DNA of 59,886 nt, from NCBI GenBank assembly GCA_002189035.1, contig NEEC01000047.1, forward strand, positions 1-59,886, written 5' to 3'. A model generated the notes under the pieces. That model was not told where the DNA came from. It worked only from the letters and a program-made list of their open reading frames with translations, and did no database searches. Numbering within the stretch: position 1 is the stretch's first letter; each line of letters begins with the position of its first letter. The stretch is from Utricularia gibba. Taxonomy: Eukaryota > Plantae > Magnoliophyta. Shown here piece by piece: positions 25,583-38,300 of the stretch. The position numbers and the translations under genes are program-made.

Positions 25583-28500
25583 TGTTACAACCCTGCATCA
25601 TTGATCCTGATGTACCCCCTTCGTATCGTTGGACGACACATCAGTGGTGAAGTACTTGGTTAGAGTCCATGGGTTGGACTTTACGGTCCTATGGACGTGC
25701 GCATCAGTGCTGGTCTAATCTCCACGCATCCTCATATCTTTCAACGGCCGCGATAATAGACCAACGGTCTCCTTGTCCAGTCCATTCGCTAAGGAGTCCA
25801 GAACACCTGAAGGTAACGGCAAAGCTTGCGAGGCCCGTCCAGCAACGGAGAAAAGAAAGGAAGTAGTGCGCATGGATGTGAACGCCTAAAAGAGCGTGGG
25901 AGTTTGCACTAGAGACCATCAACCCGTTGAATCGTGTCGATGCTTGAGGGAAGACGACCACCCATTCATCTTTGTACGTTGCATCGGACCTGGTTGAAAG
26001 TGAGGACGGAAAATTGGCTACACTCGTAAAGGTGCACGAGCAGTATGCTGAATCGGATGATGGTCAAGCCGTTAGCATACGGAAAACACACTCGCGTGTT
26101 GCGCACGCGGCTTTAACGATTGCTTAACCAAGTGATCCCTTCTCTATCTCCATCCACAATCTGGGTAAAAGGCATCCGGAGGTCAGGCATTGGAATGTCG
26201 TAAGGTATGAAGTATGCATGTTGCAAGGCGTGACCTGCTTGCGAAGCAATACCGATCCATTCCACGTTACCCGCTTCTTTGCAAAGCCTGGAGGGAGAAT
26301 GGAATTTTGCATCAGGAGTGGATGCCATGGGGGTCGAATTATAAGGGGAGGTGTGCGTTTGTTCCGTGAGCTATGTGGATTCGAAGCACAAGTGCTGGGT
26401 GGTCGAGTTATGGACTTTGGGTTAGGAGTGGCTACACTCTGGATCCACGATCGATATGTTCTTCGATGCTCTATGACTCATTTCTCATTCAATGATGTCC
26501 ACTCAATAGTAGCTTACGTGGCTCGCAACGTATGTTTGATATAGATGACATCCTTTAACCTGTATGGTCGAAGGTTTTCTCCTCCCAAACGTATAGCGGC
26601 ATGCCCACTTTCGTGTCCAAATATTCAGGAGGTCGGGGTGGTAGCCATCTAACGGCTGGATAGCACATCCACATCGTATGTGCTCCGTAGAATGAATCCG
26701 AAAATGTTAATGTTTCCAACGCACGTTGTTGGAGATCGGGAAAGTACATGGAGTGTCCTTGGCCACATTCTAGTATTCATTGGATGCTGGCTGAGTTTGT
26801 TGCACAACAAAACACCCTCAAACGAGTAGCGATGGTGCACCATGATCCGCCATGGAGTGAACTCGTGACTCCTCTGCGTAAGTCTCACTTTGTTTCCATG
26901 GAAGATCATAAGGGAAAGCAATAGGAAAAACTAAGAAGTACTTGGTATCGTTGATGTTACAACCCTGCATCATTGATCCTGATGTACCCCCTTCGTATCG
27001 TTGGACGACACATCAGTGGTGAAGTACTTGGCTAGAGTCCATGGGTTGGACTTTACGGTCCTATGGACGTGCGCATCAGTGCTGGTCTAATCTCCACGCA
27101 TCCTCATATCTTTCAACGGCCGCGATAATAGACCAACGGTCTCCTTGTCCAGTCCATTCGCTAAGGAGTCCAGAACACCTGAAGGTAACGGCAAAGCTTG
27201 CGAGGCCCGTCCAGCAACGGAGAAAAGAAAGGAAGTAGTGCGCATGGATGTGAACGCCTAAAAGAGCGTGGGAGTTTGCACTAGAGACCATCAACCCGTT
27301 GAATCGTGTCGATGCTTGAGGGAAGACGACCACCCATTCATCTTTGTACGTTGCATCGGACCTGGTTGAAAGTGAGGACGGAAAATTGGCTACACTCGTA
27401 AAGGTGCACGAGCAGTATGCTGAATCGGATGATGGTCAAGCCGTTAGCATACGGAAAACACACTCGCGTGTTGCGCACGCGGCTTTAACGATTGCTTAAC
27501 CGAGTGATCCCTTCTCTATCTCCATCCACAATCTGGGTAAAAGGCATCCGGAGGTCAGGCATTGGAATGTCGTAAGGTATGAAGTATGCATGTTGCAAGG
27601 CGTGACCTGCTTGCGAAGCAATACCGATCCATTCCACGTTACCCGCTTCTTTGCAAAGCCTGGAGGGAGAATGGAATTTTGCATCAGGAGTGGATGCCAT
27701 GGGGGTCGAATTATAAGGGGAGGTGTGCGTTTGTTCCGTGAGCTATGTGGATTCGAAGCACAAGTGCTGGGTGGTCGAGTTATGGACTTTGGGTTAGGAG
27801 TGGCTACACTCTGGATCCACGATCGATATGTTCTTCGATGCTCTATGACTCATTTCTCATTCAATGATGTCCACTCAATAGTAGCTTACGTGGCTCGCAA
27901 CGTATGTTTGATATAGATGACATCCTTTAACCTGTATGGTCGAAGGTTTTCTCCTCCCAAACGTATAGCGGCATGCCCACTTTCGTGTCCAAATATTCAG
28001 GAGGTCGGGGTGGTAGCCATCTAACGGCTGGATAGCACATCCACATCGTATGTGCTCCGTAGAATGAATCCGAAAATGTTAATGTTTCCAACGCACGTTG
28101 TTGGAGATCGGGAAAGTACATGGAGTGTCCTTGGCCACATTCTAGTATTCATTGGATGCTGGCTGAGTTTGTTGCACAACAAAACACCCTCAAACGAGTA
28201 GCGATGGTGCACCATGATCCGCCATGGAGTGAACTCGTGACTCCTCTGCGTAAGTCTCACTTTGTTTCCATGGAAGATCATAAGGGAAAGCAATAGGAAA
28301 AACTAAGAAGTACTTGGTATCGTTGGTGTTACAACCCTGCATCATTGATCCTGATGTACCCCCTTCGTATCGTTGGACGACACATCAGTGGTGAAGTACT
28401 TGGTTAGAGTCCATGGGTTGGACTTTACGGTCCTATGGACGTGCGCATCAGTGCTGGTCTAATCTCCACGCATCCTCATATCTTTCAACGGCCGCGATAA

Positions 28501-31068
28501 TAGACCAACGGTCTCCTTGTCCAGTCCATTCGCTAAGGAGTCCAGAACACCTGAAGGTAACGGCAAAGCTTGCGAGGCCCGTCCAGCAACGGAGAAAAGA
28601 AAGGAAGTAGTGCGCATGGATGTGAACGCCTAAAAGAGCGTGGGAGTTTGCACTAGAGACCATCAACCCGTTGAATCGTGTCGATGCTTGAGGGAAGACG
28701 ACCACCCATTCATCTTTGTACGTTGCATCGGACCTGGTTGAAAGTGAGGACGGAAAATTGGCTACACTCGTAAAGGTGCACGAGCAGTATGCTGAATCGG
28801 ATGATGGTCAAGCCGTTAGCATACGGAAACACACTCGCGTGTTGCGCACGCGGCTTTAACGATTGCTTAACCGAGTGATCCCTTCTCTATCTCCATCCAC
28901 AATCTGGGTAAAAGGCATCCGGAGGTCAGGCATTGGAATGTCGTAAGGTATGAAGTATGCATGTTGCAAGGCGTGACCTGCTTGCGAAGCAATACCGATC
29001 CATTCCACGTTACCCGCTTCTTTGCAAAGCCTGGAGGGAGAATGGAATTTTGCATCAGGAGTGGATGCCATGGGGGTCGAATTATAAGGGGACGTGTGCG
29101 TTTGTTCCGTGAGCTATGTGGATTCGAAGCACAAGTGCTGGGTGGTCGAGTTATGGACTTTGGGTTAGGAGTGGCTACACTCTGGATCCACGACCGATAT
29201 GTTCTTCGATGCTCTATGACTCATTTCTCATTCAATGATGTCCACTCAATAGTAGCTTACGTGGCTCGCAACGTATGTTTGATATAGATGACATCCTTTA
29301 ACCTGTATGGTCGAAGGTTTTCTCCTCCCAAACGTATAGCGGCATGCCCACTTTCGTGTCCAAATATTCAGGAGGTCGGGGTGGTAGCCATCTAACGGCT
29401 GGATAGCACATCCACATCGTATGTGCTCCGTAGAATGAATCCGAAAATGTTAATGTTTCCAACGCACGTTGTTGGAGATCGGGAAAGTACATGGAGTGTC
29501 CTTGGCCACATTCTAGTATTCATTGGATGCTGGCTGAGTTTGTTGCACAACAAAACACCCTCAAACGAGTAGCGATGGTGCACCATGATCCGCCATGGAG
29601 TGAACTCGTGACTCCTCTGCGTAAGTCTCACTTTGTTTCCATGGAAGATCATAAGGGAAAGCAATAGGAAAAACTAAGAAGTACTTGGTATCGTTGATGT
29701 TACAACCCTGCATCATTGATCCTGATGTACCCCCTTCGTATCGTTGGACGACACATCAGTGGTGAAGTACTTGGCTAGAGTCCATGGGTTGGACTTTACG
29801 GTCCTATGGACGTGCGCATCAGTGCTGGTCTAATCTCCACGCATCCTCATATCTTTCAACGGCCGCGATAATAGACCAACGGTCTCCTTGTCCAGTCCAT
29901 TCGCTAAGGAGTCCAGAACACCTGAAGGTAACGGCAAAGCTTGCGAGGCCCGTCCAGCAACGGAGAAAAGAAAGGAAGTAGTGCGCATGGATGTGAACGC
30001 CTAAAAGAGCGTGGGAGTTTGCACTAGAGACCATCAACCCGTTGAATCGTGTCGATGCTTGAGGGAAGACGACCACCCATTCATCTTTGTACGTTGCATC
30101 GGACCTGGTTGAAAGTGAGGACGGAAAATTGGCTACACTCGTAAAGGTGCACGAGCAGTATGCTGAATCGGATGATGGTCAAGCCGTTAGCATACGGAAA
30201 ACACACTCGCGTGTTGCGCACGCGGCTTTAACGATTGCTTAACCGAGTGATCCCTTCTCTATCTCCATCCACAATCTGGGTAAAAGGCATCCGGAGGTCA
30301 GGCATTGGAATGTCGTAAGGTATGAAGTATGCATGTTGCAAGGCGTGACCTGCTTGCGAAGCAATACCGATCCATTCCACGTTACCCGCTTCTTTGCAAA
30401 GCCTGGAGGGAGAATGGAATTTTGCATCAGGAGTGGATGCCATGGGGGTCGAATTATAAGGGGAGGTGTGCGTTTGTTCCGTGAGCTATGTGGATTCGAA
30501 GCACAAGTGCTGGGTGGTCGAGTTATGGACTTTGGGTTAGGAGTGGCTACACTCTGGATCCACGACCGATATGTTCTTCGATGCTCTATGACTCATTTCT
30601 CATTCAATGATGTCCACTCAATAGTAGCTTACGTGGCTCGCAACGTATGTTTGATATAGATGACATCCTTTAACCTGTATGGTCGAAGGTTTTCTCCTCC
30701 CAAACGTATAGCGGCATGCCCACTTTCGTGTCCAAATATTCAGGAGGTCGGGGTGGTAGCCATCTAACGGCTGGATAGCACATCCACATCGTATGTGCTC
30801 CGTAGAATGAATCCGAAAATGTTAATGTTTCCAACGCACGTTGTTGGAGATCGGGAAAGTACATGGAGTGTCCTTGGCCACATTCTAGTATTCATTGGAT
30901 GCTGGCTGAGTTTGTTGCACAACAAAACACCCTCAAACGAGTAGCGATGGTGCACCATGATCCGCCATGGAGTGAACTCGTGACTCCTCTGCGTAAGTCT
31001 CACTTTGTTTCCATGGAAGATCATAAGGGAAAGCAATAGGAAAAACTAAGAAGTATTGGTATCGTTGG

Positions 31069-32373
31069 TGTTACAACCCTGCATCATTGATCCTGATGTA
31101 CCCCCTTCGTATCGTTGGACGACACATCAGTGGTGAAGTACTTGGTTAGAGTCCATGGGTTGGACTTTACGGTCCTATGGACGTGCGCATCAGTGCTGGT
31201 CTAATCTCCACGCATCCTCATATCTTTCAACGGCCGCGATAATAGACCAACGGTCTCCTTGTCCAGTCCATTCGCTAAGGAGTCCAGAACACCTGAAGGT
31301 AACGGCAAAGCTTGCGAGGCCCGTCCAGCAACGGAGAAAAGAAAGGAAGTAGTGCGCATGGATGTGAACGCCTAAAAGAGCGTGGGAGTTTGCACTAGAG
31401 ACCATCAACCCGTTGAATCGTGTCGATGCTTGAGGGAAGACGACCACCCATTCATCTTTGTACGTTGCATCGGACCTGGTTGAAAGTGAGGACGGAAAAT
31501 TGGCTACACTCGTATGATGGTCAAGCCGTTAGCATACGGAAACACACTCGCGTGTTGCGCACGCGGCTTTAACGGAGTGATCCCTTCTCTATGGGGGCAT
31601 CCGGAGGTCAGGCATTGGAATGTCGTAAGGTATGAAGTATGCATGTTGCAAGGCGTGACCTGCTTGCGAAGCAATACCGATCCATTCCACGTTACCCGCT
31701 TCTTTGCAAAGCCTGGAGGGAGAATGGAATTTTGCATCAGGAGTGGATGCCATGGGGGTCGAATTATAAGGGGACGTTTGTTCCGTGAGCTATGTGGATT
31801 CGAAGCACAAGTGCTGGGTGGTCGAGTTATGGACTTTGGGTTAGGAGTGGCTACACTCTGGATCCACGACCGATATGTTCTTCGATGCTCTATGACTCAT
31901 TTCTCATTCAATGATGTCCACTCAATAGTAGCTTACGTGGCTCGCAACGTATGTTTGATATAGATGACATCCTTTAACCTGTATGGTCGAAGGTTTTCTC
32001 CTCCCAAACGTATAGCGGCATGCCCACTTTCGTGTCCAAATATTCAGGAGGTCGGGGTGGTAGCCATCTAACGGCTGGATAGCACATCCACATCGTATGT
32101 GCTCCGTAGAATGAATCCGAAAATGTTAATGTTTCCAACGCACGTTGTTGGAGATCGGGAAAGTACATGGAGTGTCCTTGGCCACATTCTAGTATTCATT
32201 GGATGCTGGCTGAGTTTGTTGCACAACAAAACACCCTCAAACGAGTAGCGATGGTGCACCATGATCCGCCATGGAGTGAACTCGTGACTCCTCTGCGTAA
32301 GTCTCACTTTGTTTCCATGGAAGATCATAAGGGAAAGCAATAGGAAAAACTAAGAAGTACTTGGTATCGTTGG
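31069..32373 (+). repeat. Short unit 24 (1305 bp) with four clustered small deletions
   Basis: Losses of about 29, 11, 20 and 6 nt plus one A between 31514 and 31776 sum to 67, which equals 1372-1305. Confidence 0.9.
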
Positions 32374-33744
32374 TGTTACAACCCTGCATCATTGATCCTG
32401 ATGTACCCCCTTCGTATCGTTGGACGACACATCAGTGGTGAAGTACTTGGTTAGAGTCCATGGGTTGGACTTTACGGTCCTATGGACGTGCGCATCAGTG
32501 CTGGTCTAATCTCCACGCATCCTCATATCTTTCAACGGCCGCGATAATAGACCAACGGTCTCCTTGTCCAGTCCATTCGCTAAGGAGTCCAGAACACCTG
32601 AAGGTAACGGCAAAGCTTGCGAGGCCCGTCCAGCAACGGAGAAAAGAAAGGAAGTAGTGCGCATGGATGTGAACGCCTAAAAGAGCGTGGGAGTTTGCAC
32701 TAGAGACCATCAACCCGTTGAATCGTGTCGATGCTTGAGGGAAGACGACCACCCATTCATCTTTGTACGTTGCATCGGACCTGGTTGAAAGTGAGGACGG
32801 AAAATTGGCTACACTCGTAAAGGTGCACGAGCAGTATGCTGAATCGGATGATGGTCAAGCCGTTAGCATACGGAAAACACACTCGCGTGTTGCGCACGCG
32901 GCTTTAACGATTGCTTAACCGAGTGATCCCTTCTCTATCTCCATCCACAATCTGGGTAAAAGGCATCCGGAGGTCAGGCATTGGAATGTCGTAAGGTATG
33001 AAGTATGCATGTTGCAAGGCGTGACCTGCTTGCGAAGCAATACCGATCCATTCCACGTTACCCGCTTCTTTGCAAAGCCTGGAGGGAGAATGGAATTTTG
33101 CATCAGGAGTGGATGCCATGGGGGTCGAATTATAAGGGGAGTGTGCGTTTGTTCCGTGAGCTATGTGGATTCGAAGCACAAGTGCTGGGTGGTCGAGTTA
33201 TGGACTTTGGGTTAGGAGTGGCTACACTCTGGATCCACGATCGATATGTTCTTCGATGCTCTATGACTCATTTCTCATTCAATGATGTCCACTCAATAGT
33301 AGCTTACGTGGCTCGCAACGTATGTTTGATATAGATGACATCCTTTAACCTGTATGGTCGAAGGTTTTCTCCTCCCAAACGTATAGCGGCATGCCCACTT
33401 TCGTGTCCAAATATTCAGGAGGTCGGGGTGGTAGCCATCTAACGGCTGGATAGCACATCCACATCGTATGTGCTCCGTAGAATGAATCCGAAAATGTTAA
33501 TGTTTCCAACGCACGTTGTTGGAGATCGGGAAAGTACATGGAGTGTCCTTGGCCACATTCTAGTATTCATTGGATGCTGGCTGAGTTTGTTGCACAACAA
33601 AACACCCTCAAACGAGTAGCGATGGTGCACCATGATCCGCCATGGAGTGAACTCGTGACTCCTCTGCGTAAGTCTCACTTTGTTTCCATGGAAGATCATA
33701 AGGGAAAGCAATAGGAAAAACTAAGAAGTACTTGGTATCGTTGA

Positions 33745-35333
33745 TGTTACAACCCTGCATCATTGATCCTGATGTACCCCCTTCGTATCGTTGGACGACA
33801 CATCAGTGGTGAAGTACTTGGCTAGAGTCCATGGGTTGGACTTTACGGTCCTATGGACGTGCGCATCAGTGCTGGTCTAATCTCCACGCATCCTCATATC
33901 TTTCAACGGCCGCGATAATAGACCAACGGTCTCCTTGTCCAGTCCATTCGCTAAGGAGTCCAGAACACCTGAAGGTAACGGCAAAGCTTGCGAGGCCCGT
34001 CCAGCAACGGAGAAAAGAAAGGAAGTAGTGCGCATGGATGTGAACGCCTAAAAGAGCGTGGGAGTTTGCACTAGAGACCATCAACCCGTTGAATCGTGTC
34101 GATGCTTGAGGGAAGACGACCACCCATTCATCTTTGTACGTTGCATCGGACCTGGTTGAAAGTGAGGACGGAAAATTGGCTACACTCGTAAAGGTGCACG
34201 AGCAGTATGCTCAATCGGATGATGGTCAAGCCGTTAGCATACGGAAAACACACTCGCGTGTTGCGCACGCGGCTTTAACGATTGCTTAACCGAGTGATCC
34301 CTTCTCTATCTCCATCCACAATCTGGGTAAAAGGCATCCGGAGGTCAGGCATTGGAATGTCGTAAGGTATGAAGTATGCATGTTGCAAGGCGTGACCTGC
34401 TTGCGAAGCAATACCGATCCATTCCACGTTACCCGCTTCTTTGCAAAGCCTGGAGGGAGAATGGAATTTTGCATCAGGAGTGGATGCCATGGGGGTCGAA
34501 TTATAAGGGGAGTGTGCGTTTGTTCCGTGAGCTATGTGGATTCGAAGCACAAGTGCTGGGTGGTCGAGTTATGGACTTTGGGTTAGGAGTGGCTACACTC
34601 TGGATCCACGATCGATATGTTCTTCGATGCTCTATGACTCATTTCTCATTCAATGATGTCCACTCAATAGTAGCTTACGTGGCTCGCAACGTATGTTTGA
34701 TATAGATGACATCCTTTAACCTGTATGGTCGAAGGTTTTCTCCTCCCAAACGTATAGCGGCATGCCCACTTTCGTGTCCAAATATTCAGGAGGTCGGGGT
34801 GGTAGCCATCTAACGGATAGCACATCCACATCGTATGTGCTCCGTAGAATGAATCCGAAAATGTTAATGTTTCCAACGCACGTTGTTGGAGATCGGGAAA
34901 GTACATGGAGTGTCCTTGGCCACATTCTAGTATTCATTGGATGCTGGCTGAGTTTGTTGCACAACAAAACACCCTCAAACGAGTAGCGATGGTGCACCAT
35001 GATCCGCCATGGAGTGAACTCGTGACTCCTCTGCGTAAGTCTCACTTTGTTCCATGGAAGATCATAAGGGAAAGCAATAGGAAAAACTAAGAAGTACCAG
35101 CACGTTGATGTGGAGATCGTGGAAAGTTTCCATGGAGTGTTTGGCCACATTCTAGTATTCATTGGATGCTGGCTGAGTTTGTTGCACACAAAAACCCTCA
35201 AACGAGTAGCGATGGTGCACCATGATCCGCCAGGAGTGAACTCGTGACTCCTCTGCGTAAGTCTCACTTTGTTTCCATGGAAGATCATAAGGGAAAGCAA
35301 TAGGAAAAACTAAGAAGTACTTGGTATCGTTGA
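33745..35333 (+). repeat. Long unit 26 (1589 bp) with a ~220-bp duplication of the unit's 3' end and a mosaic junction
   Basis: After GAAGTAC (35097) the sequence jumps back to about unit position 1140 (CACGTTG...TGGAGATCG...TTGGCCACATTC) and reruns to the unit end. Confidence 0.9.
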
Positions 35334-38300
35334 TGTTACAACCCTGCATCATTGATCCTGATGTACCCCCTTCGTATCGTTGGACGACACATCAGTGGTG
35401 AAGTACTTGGCTAGAGTCCATGGGTTGGACTTTACGGTCCTATGGACGTGCGCATCAGTGCTGGTCTAATCTCCACGCATCCTCATATCTTTCAACGGCC
35501 GCGATAATAGACCAACGGTCTCCTTGTCCAGTCCATTCGCTAAGGAGTCCAGAACACCTGAAGGTAACGGCAAAGCTTGCGAGGCCCGTCCAGCAACGGA
35601 GAAAAGAAAGGAAGTAGTGCGCATGGATGTGAACGCCTAAAAGAGCGTGGGAGTTTGCACTAGAGACCATCAACCCGTTGAATCGTGTCGATGCTTGAGG
35701 AAGACGACCACCCATTCATCTTTGTACGTTGCATCGGACCTGGTTGAAAGTGAGGACGGAAAATTGGCTACACTCGTGAAGGTGCACGAGCAGTATGCTC
35801 AATCGGATGATGGTCAAGCCGTTAGCATACGGAAAACACACTCGCGTGTTGCGCACGCGGCTTTAACTATTGCTTAACCGAGTGATCCCTTCTCTATCTC
35901 CATCCACAATCTGGGTAAAAGGCATCCGGAGGTCAGGCATTGGAATGTCGTAAGGTATGAAGTATGCATGTTGCAAGGCGTGACCTGCTTGCGAAGCAAT
36001 ACCGATCCATTCCACGTTACCCGCTTCTTTGCAAAGCCTGGAGGGAGAATGGAATTTTGCATCAGGAGTGGATGCCATGGGGGTCGAATTATAAGGGGAG
36101 GTGTGCGTTTGTTCCGTGAGCTATGTGGATTCGAAGCACAAGTGCTGGGTGGTCGAGTTATGGACTTTGGGTTAGGAGTGGCTACACTCTGGATCCACGA
36201 TCGATATGTTCTTCGATGCTCTATGACTCATTTCTCATTCAATGATGTCCACTCAATAGTAGCTTACGTGGCTCGCAACGTATGTTTGATATAGATGACA
36301 TCCTTTAACCTGTATGGTCGAAGGTTTTCTCCTCCCAAACGTATAGCGGCATGCCCACTTTCGTGTCCAAATATTCAGGAGGTCGGGGTGGTAGCCATCT
36401 AACGGCTGGATAGCACATCCACATCGTATGTGCTCCGTAGAATGAATCCGAAAATGTTAATGTTTCCAACGCACGTTGTTGGAGATCGGGAAAGTACATG
36501 GAGTGTCCTTGGCCACATTCTAGTATTCATTGGATGCTGGCTGAGTTTGTTGCACAACAAAACACCCTCAAACGAGTAGCGATGGTGCACCATGATCCGC
36601 CATGGAGTGAACTCGTGACTCCTCTGCGTAAGTCTCACTTTGTTTCCATGGAAGATCATAAGGGAAAGCAATAGGAAAAACTAAGAAGTACTTGGTATCG
36701 TTGATGTTACAACCCTGCATCATTGATCCTGATGTACCCCCTTCGTATCGTTGGACGACACATCAGTGGTGAAGTACTTGGCTAGAGTCCATGGGTTGGA
36801 CTTTACGGTCCTATGGACGTGCGCATCAGTGCTGGTCTAATCTCCACGCATCCTCATATCTTTCAACGGCCGCGATAATAGACCAACGGTCTCCTTGTCC
36901 AGTCCATTCGCTAAGGAGTCCAGAACACCTGAAGGTAACGGCAAAGCTTGCGAGGCCCGTCCAGCAACGGAGAAAAGAAAGGAAGTAGTGCGCATGGATG
37001 TGAACGCCTAAAAGAGCGTGGGAGTTTGCACTAGAGACCATCAACCCGTTGAATCGTGTCGATGCTTGAGGAAGACGACCACCCATTCATCTTTGTACGT
37101 TGCATCGGACCTGGTTGAAAGTGAGGACGGAAAATTGGCTACACTCGTGAAGGTGCACGAGCAGTATGCTCAATCGGATGATGGTCAAGCCGTTAGCATA
37201 CGGAAAACACACTCGCGTGTTGCGCACGCGGCTTTAACGATTGCTTAACCGAGTGATCCCTTCTCTATGTCCATCCACAATCTGGGTAAAAGGCATCCGG
37301 AGGTCAGGCATTGGAATGTCGTAAGGTATGAAGTATGCATGTTGCAAGGCGTGACCTGCTTGCGAAGCAATACCGATCCATTCCACGTTACCCGCTTCTT
37401 TGCAAAGCCTGGAGGGAGAATGGAATTTTGCATCAGGAGTGGATGCCATGGGGGTCGAATTATAAGGGGAGGTGTGCGTTTGTTCCGTGAGCTATGTGGA
37501 TTCGAAGCACAAGTGCTGGGTGGTCGAGTTATGGACTTTGGGTTAGGAGTGGCTACACTCTGGATCCACGATCGATATGTTCTTCGATGCTCTATGACTC
37601 ATTTCTCATTCAATGATGTCCACTCAATAGTAGCTTACGTGGCTCGCAACGTATGTTTGATATAGATGACATCCTTTAACCTGTATGGTCGAAGGTTTTC
37701 TCCTCCCAAACGTATAGCGGCATGCCCACTTTCGTGTCCAAATATTCAGGAGGTCGGGGTGGTAGCCATCTAACGGCTGGATAGCACATCCACATCGTAT
37801 GTGCTCCGTAGAATGAATCCGAAAATGTTAATGTTTCCAACGCACGTTGTTGGAGATCGGGAAAGTACATGGAGTGTCCTTGGCCACATTCTAGTATTCA
37901 TTGGATGCTGGCTGAGTTTGTTGCACAACAAAACACCCTCAAACGAGTAGCGATGGTGCACCATGATCCGCCATGGAGTGAACTCGTGACTCCTCTGCGT
38001 AAGTCTCACTTTGTTTCCATGGAAGATCATAAGGGAAAGCAATAGGAAAAACTAAGAAGTACTTGGTATCGTTGGTGTTACAACCCTGCATCATTGATCC
38101 TGATGTACCCCCTTCGTATCGTTGGACGACACATCAGTGGTGAAGTACTTGGCTAGAGTCCATGGGTTGGACTTTACGGTCCTATGGACGTGCGCATCAG
38201 TGCTGGTCTAATCTCCACGCATCCTCATATCTTTCAACGGCCGCGATAATAGACCAACGGTCTCCTTGTCCAGTCCATTCGCTAAGGAGTCCAGAACACC

